Below are positions 7,423-16,749 of a stretch of DNA of 64,000 bases, piece by piece (position 1 is the stretch's first letter; each line of letters begins with the position of its first letter). The position numbers and the translations under genes were made by a program. The notes under the pieces were generated by a model. That model did no database searches. It was not told where the DNA came from and worked only from the letters and a program-made list of their open reading frames with translations. The DNA lies in assembly GCA_964528615.1 (NCBI GenBank), contig CAZGSU010000024.1, positions 10,459 through 74,458 on the forward strand, in the 5' to 3' direction. The stretch comes from an uncultured Acidobacteriaceae bacterium (GTDB lineage Bacteria > Acidobacteriota > Terriglobia > Terriglobales > Acidobacteriaceae).

Positions 7423-9258
7423 TTATTTCTTTACTCTGCGTTGGTGAGTGCTGGGAATGCGCATGTCTTCCCGATATTTCGCGACCGTGCGGCGGGTTAC
7501 CTGAATGCCCTGGGATTGAAGAATTCTGGTGATCTGTTCGTCAGTCAAAGGACGGCTGGGGTCTTCTTCCTCGATGAGTTTTTTGACTCGGCGCTTGAGG
7601 ATGAGCAGCGAAGTGTTGCCGCCCTGGGGACCATTCACGCTCTCGCTGAAGAAGTAGCGCAATTCGAAAACACCCTGGGGAGTGTGAGCATACTTGTTGG
7701 CGACCGCCCGGCTGACCGTGGAAGGATGCACCCCGATTTCTTCCGCCACCTCTTTGATCATCATGGGTTTGAGCTGGTCGATGCCCTTTTCCAGGAAGTC
7801 CTGCTGCCGGGTCACGATCGAATAGCAGACTTTGGTGATGGTCTGCTTGCGCTGCTCGATGTTCTTGATGAGCTGAATAGCGCTCTTGTAACGTTCCTTG
7901 ACGTAGTTGCGGGTGTCCTTGTCATTGGTATCGCGGGTCAGCAGCCGCTTGTAGGCCGGATTCAGGCGCAGTACCGGAACATCATCCTCATTCATCATCA
8001 CCAGCCACTCGTCGCCGTGCTTGATGAAAGCAACGTCGGGCTCGATCAGCCGCGGCTGGCTCTTGTTGTAACGCAGACCAGGGCGGGGATCGAGTGTCCG
8101 GATGTATTCCAGGGCTTCCTGTACAGCTTCGGGCGTACGGTTGATGGCGCGCGCAATTTCCTTATACTGCTTGCTCTGCAGGGCGCGCAGATGCTGGTCC
8201 ACGATGGCCACCGCATCGGAAAGAACCTGTACCGTGGCCTCACCGTTGCCATTCTTGTGCGTGGCAAGCTGGTGCTGGTGATAGCGCAACTGGTACAGCA
8301 GACAATCACGCAAGTCGCGGCACGCGACTCCCGGCGGATCCATCTGGCGCACCAGGTCGAGGGCTTCGTGCAGATCTTTGAGGTTGAAGGTGGGCTGGTA
8401 TACAGGCTGTGCCGGCTTTCGCTGCGGGGCTGGGTCGGGCTTTGCCGCTGGCGCGGGCGGCGGGATCTCAGGCGCAACCGCATCCGGCGCAGAGGCAGTC
8501 GCAGTTCCGTACTGGCTTGGGGAAGCGCCTACTGAAGAATGTAGAGCGGAATCGTCAACACCGCTCCATTCGGACAGGGGCGCCTCGTCGATGTCGTCGA
8601 CCGACGCATCCAGACCCAAAGCTTCGGCATTCGGCGAATCGAGTTCGTCCACCTCAGTGGCCAGCCCGAGCGCAGCAGCTTCTTTCACTACATTCGCCGC
8701 AATGGTCGCGTCCACTTCGGGTGCAGCCGGCGGGGCGGTGCCGAGTAGTTCCTCGTCGCTGGCGATCAGATAGCCATCTTCACTCAGGTTGCCGATGATG
8801 ATTTCGGCGGCTTCGCGCACTTCCGGACTCACCGACAAAGCGCCGAGCTGCCAGGTCAGGTGATCGGTGAGAGTGGTGGGCTTGGAAAGAAAATTTTCAA
8901 AGGATGGCCGCTCAATCTCTTCCATTTCGCCACGGCTGCGATAGCCGGGATCGAGATACTCCTGGAAAAATGAGCCGAAATCGATTTCCTCGAAAGGATC
9001 CTTCTTTTCGACCGCTGCAACCGTATTTTCTTCCGGGGCGACCCGTTCACGGTCTTCTTCCCGGCGGGCGGCATCATCCAGGAGGGGAACCGTGTCTTCC
9101 AGTTCCTCCAGGACCGGATTCTCCACCATCTCGGCGGTGATCATGTCGCGCAACTCAAGCTTGTTGAGTGCCAACACACTCACCATCTGCACGAGGCCAG
9201 GAGTAAGGATCTGCCTCTGCGAGACCTTCAGATGGAGCTTGGGCTGGAGTAGCACCAT
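7423..9258 (-). CDS. rpoN: RNA polymerase sigma-54 factor
   Basis: N-terminal LKVSQRQILTPGLVQMV, HTH GVHPSTVSRAVANKY, and RpoN box RRTVAKYRE. Contains a long acidic, Pro/Ala-rich region II. Confidence 0.95.
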   Translation of the reverse strand: MVLLQPKLHLKVSQRQILTPGLVQMVSVLALNKLELRDMITAEMVENPVLEELEDTVPLLDDAARREEDRERVAPEENTVAAVEKKDPFEEIDFGSFFQEYLDPGYRSRGEMEEIERPSFENFLSKPTTLTDHLTWQLGALSVSPEVREAAEIIIGNLSEDGYLIASDEELLGTAPPAAPEVDATIAANVVKEAAALGLATEVDELDSPNAEALGLDASVDDIDEAPLSEWSGVDDSALHSSVGASPSQYGTATASAPDAVAPEIPPPAPAAKPDPAPQRKPAQPVYQPTFNLKDLHEALDLVRQMDPPGVACRDLRDCLLYQLRYHQHQLATHKNGNGEATVQVLSDAVAIVDQHLRALQSKQYKEIARAINRTPEAVQEALEYIRTLDPRPGLRYNKSQPRLIEPDVAFIKHGDEWLVMMNEDDVPVLRLNPAYKRLLTRDTNDKDTRNYVKERYKSAIQLIKNIEQRKQTITKVCYSIVTRQQDFLEKGIDQLKPMMIKEVAEEIGVHPSTVSRAVANKYAHTPQGVFELRYFFSESVNGPQGGNTSLLILKRRVKKLIEEEDPSRPLTDEQITRILQSQGIQVTRRTVAKYREDMRIPSTHQRRVKK

Positions 9259-9261
9259 AGT

Positions 9262-9437
9262 TAGTCTTTAGTCGTCGGCCGTCAGTCGTTAGAAAAACAG
9301 TTGCCGGTCGTCAGTCGTCCGTCCTCAGTCGTCAGGAAAACAGCCTTCAGTCTTTGTTCTTTAAAAACCAGTTGTCGGTTTTCTGTTGTCAGTTGTCAGA
9401 AAGGCTGAAGACTGACGACCGAAGACTGCCGACTGCC
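9262..9437. repeat. heptad-repeat element, family B (unit CAGTCKT): four direct blocks plus one inverted block
   Basis: Direct blocks at 9262-9292, 9298-9335, 9341-9361 and 9369-9399, separated by A-rich linkers. Inverted block ctgaagactgacgaccgaagactgccgactgcc at 9405-9437. Confidence 0.9.
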
Positions 9438-9441
9438 TTTC

Positions 9442-10170
9442 TCACACCAGCGAAAAGCTCTCGCCCAGGTAAACCTTCCGGACCTGGGGATCGCTGGCCA
9501 ACTGCTCGGGCATTCCCGAGGCTAAAATTCTTCCCCCGTCGATGATGTACGCTCGATCCGTTACCGCCAGCGTTTCGCGTACGTTGTGGTCGGTGATCAA
9601 TACCCCGATTCCGCTGGTCTTCAGATCGCTGATGATCTTCTGCAAATCCAGGACGGCGATCGGGTCGATTCCGGAAAACGGCTCGTCAAGCAAAATGAAC
9701 GTCGGGTTAATGCACAACGCGCGAGCAATTTCCACGCGGCGCCGCTCGCCCCCGGACAGAGCGTAGCCACGATTCTGGCGGATATGCTCCAGGCCCAGTT
9801 GATCGATCAGCTCCTCCATTTTTTCCCGGCGCTCGTGCCAGGAAATGGGTTGGGCTTCCAACACAGCCAGAATGTTTTCCTCAACCGTAAGCTTGCGGAA
9901 AACCGACGCTTCCTGGGGGAGATAGCTGATGCCGTACTGGCGCGCCCGCAGGTACATAGGCACGTCGGTGATTTCTTCCTCGTCGATCAGTACCCGGCCG
10001 CTATCGGGGGGAATCAGGCCGACGATGGTATAGAACGTCGTGGTCTTGCCGGCGCCGTTAGGTCCAAGCAAACCAACAACTTCACCCTGCCCTACACGAA
10101 TGCTGACCCCATTTACAACCCGGCGACCGCGGTAAGACTTGCCGATTTCGTCAGTGGCCAGAGTACGCAT
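9442..10170 (-). CDS. lptB: LPS export ABC transporter ATP-binding protein
   Basis: Walker [10 protein letters not shown], signature LSGGERRR, Walker B ILLDEP. Position is immediately upstream of rpoN. Confidence 0.92.
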   Translation of the reverse strand: MRTLATDEIGKSYRGRRVVNGVSIRVGQGEVVGLLGPNGAGKTTTFYTIVGLIPPDSGRVLIDEEEITDVPMYLRARQYGISYLPQEASVFRKLTVEENILAVLEAQPISWHERREKMEELIDQLGLEHIRQNRGYALSGGERRRVEIARALCINPTFILLDEPFSGIDPIAVLDLQKIISDLKTSGIGVLITDHNVRETLAVTDRAYIIDGGRILASGMPEQLASDPQVRKVYLGESFSLV

Positions 10171-12423
10171 TTAACGTGCCACTCGCGTCTGGGTGACAGT
10201 AGGGGATTTGGTGCTGCCTTCAACCAGCACCCTACCATCGTGTCTAAATAAAGTCAACGAAACGCCGCTAATCTTGCCCTGTTCGGCATCAAAAATGCTA
10301 GGCGGCCCACCGCTGAGGACAAACTTGTCGTCGGACGACGTGTAAACCAGCCGATCACCGGTGGCAGTTCGAGCCGGCTGGGTAATGACCACATGGCCGC
10401 TGGCGATGATGCGATCGATCTTCCCGGATCCCGCAAGTGCCTGATTCGGAGTCGTTTGATCTTGAGCATACAAAAATATATCCATCTCATTTGCGGCGAT
10501 CGTGAGATCTGAGCCTCTGGCCTGTACGGTGCCCTCAAAGTGTGCTTTGCGCTCCTCGTCGGTGTAAGTGAGCCGCGCCGAGGTAATCTTGACGGGTGTC
10601 ACTTTTCCACTGTTTTCAGTCTGAGCCAGCACGGTGGAGACGGCGTGGGCAGCCGTTCCACGAGCAACCACGGAGCGGTAATTACGGTCGAATTCGATCG
10701 AGGGAGCCTCGATGACGTTAGCGTCCTGCCACAGTCGGGCATCGCCGGTGTAAAGGGCAACCGCGGGGCTGCTATGTGCCGTCATGGTGCGGGCAGTGAC
10801 GTGTATTGGATCCGAAGAGGCGAGCAGAGCGCCGCCAGGCTGCGCTTTCAGATCGCTGTAGGTGCTCTTGACCTCACCGTCGGCGAAGGCGTCCCCGGTC
10901 GTGCGGCTCAGACGCATAGTTCGAGCGGTGGTGGTCATGCCGCCATCAACCACCCGGGGCGAACCGGTCAGGACCAGCATCTGGTCGGCGGGAGTGTATC
11001 TGCCGAGATCTGCCCAGGCGCGGCGATCGCCATCCTTATAAGCGACGTTTCCCTGTTGCACGATGGAATCGATGCCGCTGCCGGGGCGAAACGATGCGTC
11101 GAGTGCGTTGCTGGTACTGACGCGGTCCGGCTGGCCCGGGGTCTGCGACGTTATGCGAGCGTCGGGAGCCCCGTGAACCGAGATTAGTTGTCCCAGGTCG
11201 TCGAAACGGGCCTGGAATTTACCGGCGGTGACCAGCGTCTGGCCTGCTGCCGGCGCAGTTGGCCGGAGAGCAATCTGTCCAGCGCCGGAGGTGTCGGCAC
11301 GCTCGAGGTGGCTGCCATTGGCTACTTTGAAGTCTATGACCGACGCGGTGACCTCGATCTCCTGAGCACCGGCGGATCCTGTCGCGGGCTTCTGAGGCTG
11401 CACCAGCCTGACGTTTTCCTGGGTGTGAACCGTGGTCAGCACATTCGCACCGGCGAAATTCAGGACGATCATGCCCGCGCTTCCTTGCATAGGCTGAGTG
11501 CCCGAATTCTCTATCCGAACATCGCCAAAGAACGTTGCCGTACGGAGCGCGTCCTGCTTGTCCGCCATCAGCAGTTCCAAGTGATCGGACTGAACTCTCC
11601 CGGACCTTTGGCCTTCAGACTCTACGAGTACGTTGCCGCCGGCCAGAAGGCTTTGCAATGTGTTGTCTGGACGCAGGAATAGCGTCCCCTTGTCGGCAGA
11701 CGCGCGCTGTGAAGCGCTCTGTAACCGCGGGAGCTCCAGGGAAACCAGCCGGGGATTTTTGGAAATCGTCCCCCGAATAGCAGTCAGACGGACGGGAGTG
11801 GCGCCGTGGAAGTCGATGTCCACCTGCGACTGCAGAGTAAGGGCGGTGGTATTGGCCTGATAGCTGAGGCCCACGGCCGACCCGCTGGCCTGGGGAATAC
11901 TGAATTCCACTTTTTCCTGGGTCGAGGCGTTTCCCGTCTTCTGGTTAAAGAGGAGGTTGGTGGTCGTGAGATGGAGGGGGTTTTTCAATTCTCTGGGGGT
12001 CGCCTGGTCGGGATGAAGCAAGCCTTCCGGATTGGCCTCAAGATCCATCTGAACCTGGCCTTTGCCCACCACGTCGCCGGACTGCGGATCGTACTCAAAG
12101 TCCGCTCCGTAAATCTGGTCGAAGCGGGCGGAATCGCGTCCGTACAGCGTGATCGTGACGTCATGCAATTCAGTGCGTCCACCTTCTTTGAACTGCACCG
12201 CCTTGCTGGCCTGGACTTTAAATAGAGTGTGACCCTGTTCGGAACGGGAGACAGTGAAACCCTGGGCACTCTGTTGTACCTCAAGGCCAATTTTCCCCGG
12301 AACGTCCCTGAGCGCACTCAGCGCCCGGTGGCGGGCATAGAAATACACCGACGCCACCAGCAGGAGAAGGGCGAAGGCGCCTGCCGCAAACCAGCGACGA
12401 AGACGAGAAACAGACAGGTGCAT
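10171..12423 (-). CDS. membrane-anchored LptC/LptA (OstA-like) multi-repeat protein
   Basis: 750 aa. N-terminal TM anchor FAAGAFALLLLVASVYFY, then an LptC-like start and several OstA-type segments (GNVLVES, GDVRIEN, GNVAYKDGDR, GDARLWQD, GHVVITQP). Its stop abuts the lptB start. Confidence 0.75.
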   Translation of the reverse strand: MHLSVSRLRRWFAAGAFALLLLVASVYFYARHRALSALRDVPGKIGLEVQQSAQGFTVSRSEQGHTLFKVQASKAVQFKEGGRTELHDVTITLYGRDSARFDQIYGADFEYDPQSGDVVGKGQVQMDLEANPEGLLHPDQATPRELKNPLHLTTTNLLFNQKTGNASTQEKVEFSIPQASGSAVGLSYQANTTALTLQSQVDIDFHGATPVRLTAIRGTISKNPRLVSLELPRLQSASQRASADKGTLFLRPDNTLQSLLAGGNVLVESEGQRSGRVQSDHLELLMADKQDALRTATFFGDVRIENSGTQPMQGSAGMIVLNFAGANVLTTVHTQENVRLVQPQKPATGSAGAQEIEVTASVIDFKVANGSHLERADTSGAGQIALRPTAPAAGQTLVTAGKFQARFDDLGQLISVHGAPDARITSQTPGQPDRVSTSNALDASFRPGSGIDSIVQQGNVAYKDGDRRAWADLGRYTPADQMLVLTGSPRVVDGGMTTTARTMRLSRTTGDAFADGEVKSTYSDLKAQPGGALLASSDPIHVTARTMTAHSSPAVALYTGDARLWQDANVIEAPSIEFDRNYRSVVARGTAAHAVSTVLAQTENSGKVTPVKITSARLTYTDEERKAHFEGTVQARGSDLTIAANEMDIFLYAQDQTTPNQALAGSGKIDRIIASGHVVITQPARTATGDRLVYTSSDDKFVLSGGPPSIFDAEQGKISGVSLTLFRHDGRVLVEGSTKSPTVTQTRVAR

Positions 12424-12560
12424 CTGGAGACAGTGTAATTCAGGCCGAAGGCGAAGGCTTCTACGAAACCGTTGGTGTTCGGAAGGCTTTTTTTAAAACC
12501 GGTTCGCAGCTCTCGGTGTCAAGTTCTCAGACATTGGACACGATCGTCTAAACTCAGACG

Positions 12561-13349
12561 ATGAAAACGCACGAGCCGGCGTTACTCGATTTGCAGAACG
12601 TCACCGTCATGCGGGGGGAGAAAGTCGTTCTGGAAAACTTCAGTCTCCGCATTCGCAATGACGAGCATGTGGCGATTCTGGGACCGAACGGCTGCGGGAA
12701 ATCCACACTGATTAAGACGATCACACGTGAATGTTATCCCGTCGCAGAGGAAGGCTCCTCGATGACCATTCTGGGACAGGAGCGCTGGGATGTTTTCGAG
12801 CTGCGCTCCATGTTGGGCATTGTCACAAACGATCTAATGTCCATGTGCACCGGACGTGCCTATGGACGCGACGTTGTCCTGTCCGGTTTCTTCAGCAGCA
12901 CCCGCATCTTTCCGCATCACAGCGTCGACCCCAGACACCGGGAACTGGCTGATGCCGCCCTCGAGCGCTTGCAAATATCCCACCTCGCCGAACACCCCGT
13001 CGCCGAAATGTCGTCGGGAGAAGCCCGCCGCGTGTTAATCGCCCGCGCCCTGGTCCACAAGCCGCGAGCTTTGTTGTTCGATGAACCGACCAACTCTCTG
13101 GATGTCTTCGCACGCCACAGCCTTCGTCAGACCATGAGGTCGCTGGCGAAGGCGGGAGTTGGGATCATTCTGGTGACGCACGACCTTTCTGACGTGATTC
13201 CGGAAATCGAACGCGTGCTGCTGATGTCGAATGGACGGATCGTAGCCGAAGGGCCGAAAGCTCGGATGCTTCAACCAGAACGGCTGGAAGGCCTGTTTGG
13301 AATCAAGGTGGAGCTGGCCCACCACGATGGCTACTACCATCTATGGTGA
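12561..13349 (+). CDS. ABC transporter ATP-binding protein (no adjacent permease)
   Basis: Walker A GPNGCGKST, signature MSSGEARR, Walker B LLFDEP. Confidence 0.85.
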   Translation: MKTHEPALLDLQNVTVMRGEKVVLENFSLRIRNDEHVAILGPNGCGKSTLIKTITRECYPVAEEGSSMTILGQERWDVFELRSMLGIVTNDLMSMCTGRAYGRDVVLSGFFSSTRIFPHHSVDPRHRELADAALERLQISHLAEHPVAEMSSGEARRVLIARALVHKPRALLFDEPTNSLDVFARHSLRQTMRSLAKAGVGIILVTHDLSDVIPEIERVLLMSNGRIVAEGPKARMLQPERLEGLFGIKVELAHHDGYYHLW

Positions 13350-15242
13350 GGCCGCGGAAACCGCTTTCATGGCTTCTGAAGACTGGCCAGATTTGGCTTC
13401 CGTCTTGAAGTCGCGGAGCGAGAGTTCCAGCCCGCCGTAATCCGGATGATCATTGTGATCGATCGTGAAGGCAATATCGATGCTGTCGCCGAGGAGCAAG
13501 CCAGCCTGTTGACAACGCTCGGCCATGTGCCAGCCAAGCGCGTTGAAGAGGATGGTGTTTTGCCGGTTGTCCGCAAGCTCTCTCCGGTCGCTGCGCCGAA
13601 TCGCTGCCGAGTCGGGATCGCACCGAGGCGTGGTCAAGATAGCCATGTCTGCAGTGTTGGATTTGGAGCCCAGCTTCAACTTGATGTGTTTGTCTTTGAG
13701 CACGCGGGGAGGGGCCACCAGGCAGACCTCGCGGGCGGTAAACACGGGTTGAGGATTTCCCACGCCGAAGGGTTGCAGGCGTTGGAGCGCCTGAAAGAGC
13801 TCGGGAGTCACCTGGTCAAGGGACAGGTTCGCATCGTAATTGAGCCTTGGCTCGAAGTCGGCCAGGGTCAGGCGCGCGCGGGCGTAGGCATCGAGATGAG
13901 TGCGCAGCTCGGGCACGCTGCCGGCTGGCAACGAGAAGCCAACCGCATGAGAGTGCCCGCCGAAACGGGTGAACAATCCGGCGCAGGATTCTAGCGCGTT
14001 CAGCAGGTGGAATGACGAGATGGAGCGCCCCGAGCCGTGGGCCTGCTCGCCATCGCACGAGATTACGAGCGCTGGGCGTCCATAGCGCTCCACCACCCGT
14101 GTGGCGGTGATGCCGATCACTCCGCGGTGCCAACTCTCGCCATCAATCACAATGCAAAAGGCGTCGTGCAGCGCCGGGTCTTCTTCGAAGCGTGACTCGA
14201 TGGATTTCAGGATGCTGCGTTCTTCCTCCTGACGATGGCCGTTAAGCTGGTCGAGCCGATTGGCGATCTCGCGTGCCCGCACCGGATCTTTCACGCTGAA
14301 AAGTTCGATGACGTCGCGGGCCACATTCATGCGACCGGCGGCGTTGATGCGCGGCGCCACACGGAAAGCGACCTCTCCCGCAGTGAGAGCTCGACCGCTG
14401 AGCTTCGCCACCTCCAGCAAGGCTTTGAGGCCGGGATTGACCGGCGATCGAAGGCCTTCCAATCCCAGTTTGGCAAAGACGCGATTCTCTCCGGTGAGCG
14501 GCACCGCGTCAGCGATGGTCGCAATCGCAACCACCTTCATGAACGAATTCAGCAGGCGGGCTCGATCCTTCTTCGGGGTTCGGCGTTCGATCAGACCCTG
14601 CGCGACTTTGAAGGCGACACCCGCGCCGCACAATGCTTTGCACGGGTACGCACAATTCGGCTGATTGGGATTGACCACGGCCAGCGCAGCCGGGATTCCC
14701 TGCGGGCCCGGAAGGTGATGGTCGGTGACGATCAAATCCACGCCCAGCCGGCGGGCCGTCTCCGCCGGAGCAAAGGCGCGGATACCCATGTCCACGCTGA
14801 TGATCAGCTTGATGCCGGCGGCGGCGGCCTGCTCGATGACATCGTCGCGCATGTCATAGCCGTCGCGGATGCGGTGGGGCACATGGAAATCGGCCGTGCC
14901 GCCGCACAGCTCAATCGCGGTCTTGAGTATGACGATCGCGGTCGTGCCATCCACGTCGTAGTCGCCGTAAATCAGAATGGATTCTTTGTTCTCGATGGCA
15001 GCTTCGATCCGGTCGACCGCGGCCTTCATGCCAGTCATCAAGTAAGGCGAATGCAAATGAGCGAGCGAAGGCGCGAGGAAGCGCTCCGCCGCTTCGGCTC
15101 CGCTGATACCGCGCATCACCAGCAGCGGACTGATTGTGGCGACGAGCTGAGGGTTTTTCAGTCCGAGAGAAGGTTGAGAGCTTAATTCCGCGGAAAGACA
15201 GTCGACAATAGACGAGTCAGCGGACTTTGAGACCCAGCGCAT
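13341..15242 (-). CDS. recJ: single-stranded-DNA-specific exonuclease RecJ
   Basis: DHH-family motifs GDYDVDGTT and LIVTDHHLPG, followed by DHHA1 GGHSHAVG. Confidence 0.92.
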   Translation of the reverse strand: MRWVSKSADSSIVDCLSAELSSQPSLGLKNPQLVATISPLLVMRGISGAEAAERFLAPSLAHLHSPYLMTGMKAAVDRIEAAIENKESILIYGDYDVDGTTAIVILKTAIELCGGTADFHVPHRIRDGYDMRDDVIEQAAAAGIKLIISVDMGIRAFAPAETARRLGVDLIVTDHHLPGPQGIPAALAVVNPNQPNCAYPCKALCGAGVAFKVAQGLIERRTPKKDRARLLNSFMKVVAIATIADAVPLTGENRVFAKLGLEGLRSPVNPGLKALLEVAKLSGRALTAGEVAFRVAPRINAAGRMNVARDVIELFSVKDPVRAREIANRLDQLNGHRQEEERSILKSIESRFEEDPALHDAFCIVIDGESWHRGVIGITATRVVERYGRPALVISCDGEQAHGSGRSISSFHLLNALESCAGLFTRFGGHSHAVGFSLPAGSVPELRTHLDAYARARLTLADFEPRLNYDANLSLDQVTPELFQALQRLQPFGVGNPQPVFTAREVCLVAPPRVLKDKHIKLKLGSKSNTADMAILTTPRCDPDSAAIRRSDRRELADNRQNTILFNALGWHMAERCQQAGLLLGDSIDIAFTIDHNDHPDYGGLELSLRDFKTEAKSGQSSEAMKAVSAASP

Positions 15243-15268
15243 GAGCTAAGAAAATTTAGGAAGATCCG

Positions 15269-15293
15269 TGTGGCGCGGGCGCCCCCGCCCGCG
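15269..15293 (+). repeat. GC-rich REP-like 25-mer hairpin, copy 1
   Basis: tgtggcgcgggcgcccccgcccgcg. Stem cgcgggc/gcccgcg with a 6-nt loop. Confidence 0.85.
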
Positions 15294-15296
15294 GCC

Positions 15297-15387
15297 TTTG
15301 ACTTTGACTTTCAGTCTTTGATTCTCAGACTCTGACTTCAGACTTTGACTTCAGACTTAATTCTCAGACTTTGACTCTCAGACCTCG
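15297..15387. repeat. direct heptad-like array, family E (TTGACTT / CAGACTT)
   Basis: About 13 degenerate units: tttgact ttgactt tcagtct ttgattc tcagact ctgactt cagactt ... No inverted arm. Confidence 0.85.
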
Positions 15388-15399
15388 ATTTCCATCCCT

Positions 15400-15425
15400 C
15401 CCGGGCGAGCGCGTCCGCGCCACAT
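15400..15425 (-). repeat. REP-like 25-mer, inverted diverged copy
   Basis: The reverse complement atgtggcgcggacgcgctcgcccggg matches 22 of 25 positions of the copy at 30916. Confidence 0.7.
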
Positions 15426-15432
15426 CAAGTCT

Positions 15433-15987
15433 TCAGATTTCTTCGTCCGGTCCGGGACCGTCGATGGGGATGCCGCCGAAGTCTTCGGACAGCTCCAGCA
15501 AGCGCTGATAATGGTCGTACCAGTCGGTGGAGGCTTCGTAGATCATCATGATGCCCTGGTGGGCGAAGCCCAGCTGCACAAACCCGGTCTTGCCCACGTA
15601 AGTCCGCAGCCAGCGGGCCTCATCCACATCTTCGTCGTTGGTGAACTCGAGGTTACCCAAACGTTCGACCATCTGGTCGAGCTCTTCGCGGCGCAGCGTC
15701 CAGGCATCCATGGTGAGGAAAGGCGCGGCCGCGGCCTTGGCCAGTTCCACGAAATCCTTCCAGCTGTCGGGGTTGTCCTCTGTTTTCCAGATTACGCTCT
15801 GCACTTCTTCATAGTCGACGTAACCATGGAAGCGGCGCATGCCGTGGCCCTCGATGAAGGCAACCATGTCATCTTTGAGGCCTGCCAGATTGTCGGGTGC
15901 GGGAGACATCGGTTTATTTCTGCCATTGTATGCCTGTTTTTGAACAGCAGCTACTAGCTGCTGGTTACTAGCGTCTGGCTTTTTCAC
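15433..15987 (-). CDS. hypothetical acidic protein
   Basis: 184-aa ORF with good coding appearance. An alternative start is at 15909 (MSPAPDN). No family recognised. Confidence 0.55.
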   Translation of the reverse strand: MKKPDASNQQLVAAVQKQAYNGRNKPMSPAPDNLAGLKDDMVAFIEGHGMRRFHGYVDYEEVQSVIWKTEDNPDSWKDFVELAKAAAAPFLTMDAWTLRREELDQMVERLGNLEFTNDEDVDEARWLRTYVGKTGFVQLGFAHQGIMMIYEASTDWYDHYQRLLELSEDFGGIPIDGPGPDEEI

Positions 15988-16072
15988 CTGATCGAAAATT
16001 CGTGCCGAGACTCGGTACAGTCGAATGTTTGGGATGAATGATCCCTATGCCGGCGTGCCTATGCGGAGGGTT

Positions 16073-16103
16073 AGCTAGAAGCCAGCAGCTAGAAGCTAGG
16101 AGC
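16073..16103. repeat. solo A-rich arm, family C (AGCTAGA)
   Basis: agctaga agccagc agctaga agctagg agc. No partner arm nearby. Confidence 0.75.
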
Positions 16104-16165
16104 AAGCGGTCGTTCCGCCCGCTTGTGCTAGACTGTCTGTTTCACAAGCCACTTCGATCCGCACT

Positions 16166-16444
16166 ATGCTGCTTTCCAAAGAATATGTGGGCTACTTGGC
16201 CCGCGAAGTCACCAAAAAGCTGATTGCTGGCGGACACATTGAGACCAAGTCTGTGCCTGCGGTCACGGAGAAGGTGCACGCCTCGATGCTGGAAGAGTTA
16301 TCGCTCGAAGACCGCATCAATGACGAAGTCCGGGTAATCCTGGAGGCGTATTCCGAGGAAATGCGCCGCACCGGCGCCAATTATCAGGAGATGTTCCGCA
16401 AGGTGAAGAGCGAACTGACGCGCAAGTACAAGGCGGTGCTGTGA
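16166..16444 (+). CDS. DUF507 family protein
   Basis: MLLSKEYVGYLAREVTKKLIAGGHIE...EDRINDEVRVILE resembles DUF507. Overlaps the next gene by 4 nt. Confidence 0.75.
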   Translation: MLLSKEYVGYLAREVTKKLIAGGHIETKSVPAVTEKVHASMLEELSLEDRINDEVRVILEAYSEEMRRTGANYQEMFRKVKSELTRKYKAVL

Positions 16445-16716
16445 GAATCAGCCGGGACAAGGTGAACAAGGTTGCCCACGTGGTCACGGACGCGCTAGCG
16501 GAACTCGACGCAGTCGATTTCATCGAAGACCGGAACACCATCCGGCTTGAGGTTCGCAAGATTCTGGAAGACCTGCTCAACCAGGAAGCGAGAATCGATC
16601 AGGCTGCACGCCAGAAGATCGAAAGCCAGAAGCGCACGATTCTTGAGGGCAGCCAGGAGTGGGACATCCTGTACCGTAAGTATTACAACGAAGAAGTGAA
16701 AAAGCTGGGGGTATAG
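16441..16716 (+). CDS. DUF507 family protein (second paralog)
   Basis: GTG start overlaps the upstream stop (GTGA). ISRDKVNKVAHVVTDALAE...IRLEVRKILEDLL follows the same pattern as the upstream gene. Confidence 0.7.
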   Translation: MRISRDKVNKVAHVVTDALAELDAVDFIEDRNTIRLEVRKILEDLLNQEARIDQAARQKIESQKRTILEGSQEWDILYRKYYNEEVKKLGV

Positions 16717-16749
16717 TCGTCGGTCTTCAACAACTTCCTATTACATCCT

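Noticed and set aside
7441-8535. Long antisense ORFs (for example 7441-8535 +, 32602-33711 -, 35471-36505 -, 43477-44624 +, 56082-56855 +)
   Set aside because: They lie opposite well-supported genes (rpoN, MFS transporter, M24 peptidase, infB, map). They have low-complexity Arg/Gly/Ala/His-rich translations typical of high-GC antisense frames.
9262-9437. Heptad arrays as CRISPR arrays
   Set aside because: The repeat unit is only 7 nt and degenerate. There are no unique 25-40-nt spacers between identical repeats, arms occur as inverted complements, and no cas genes are in the window.
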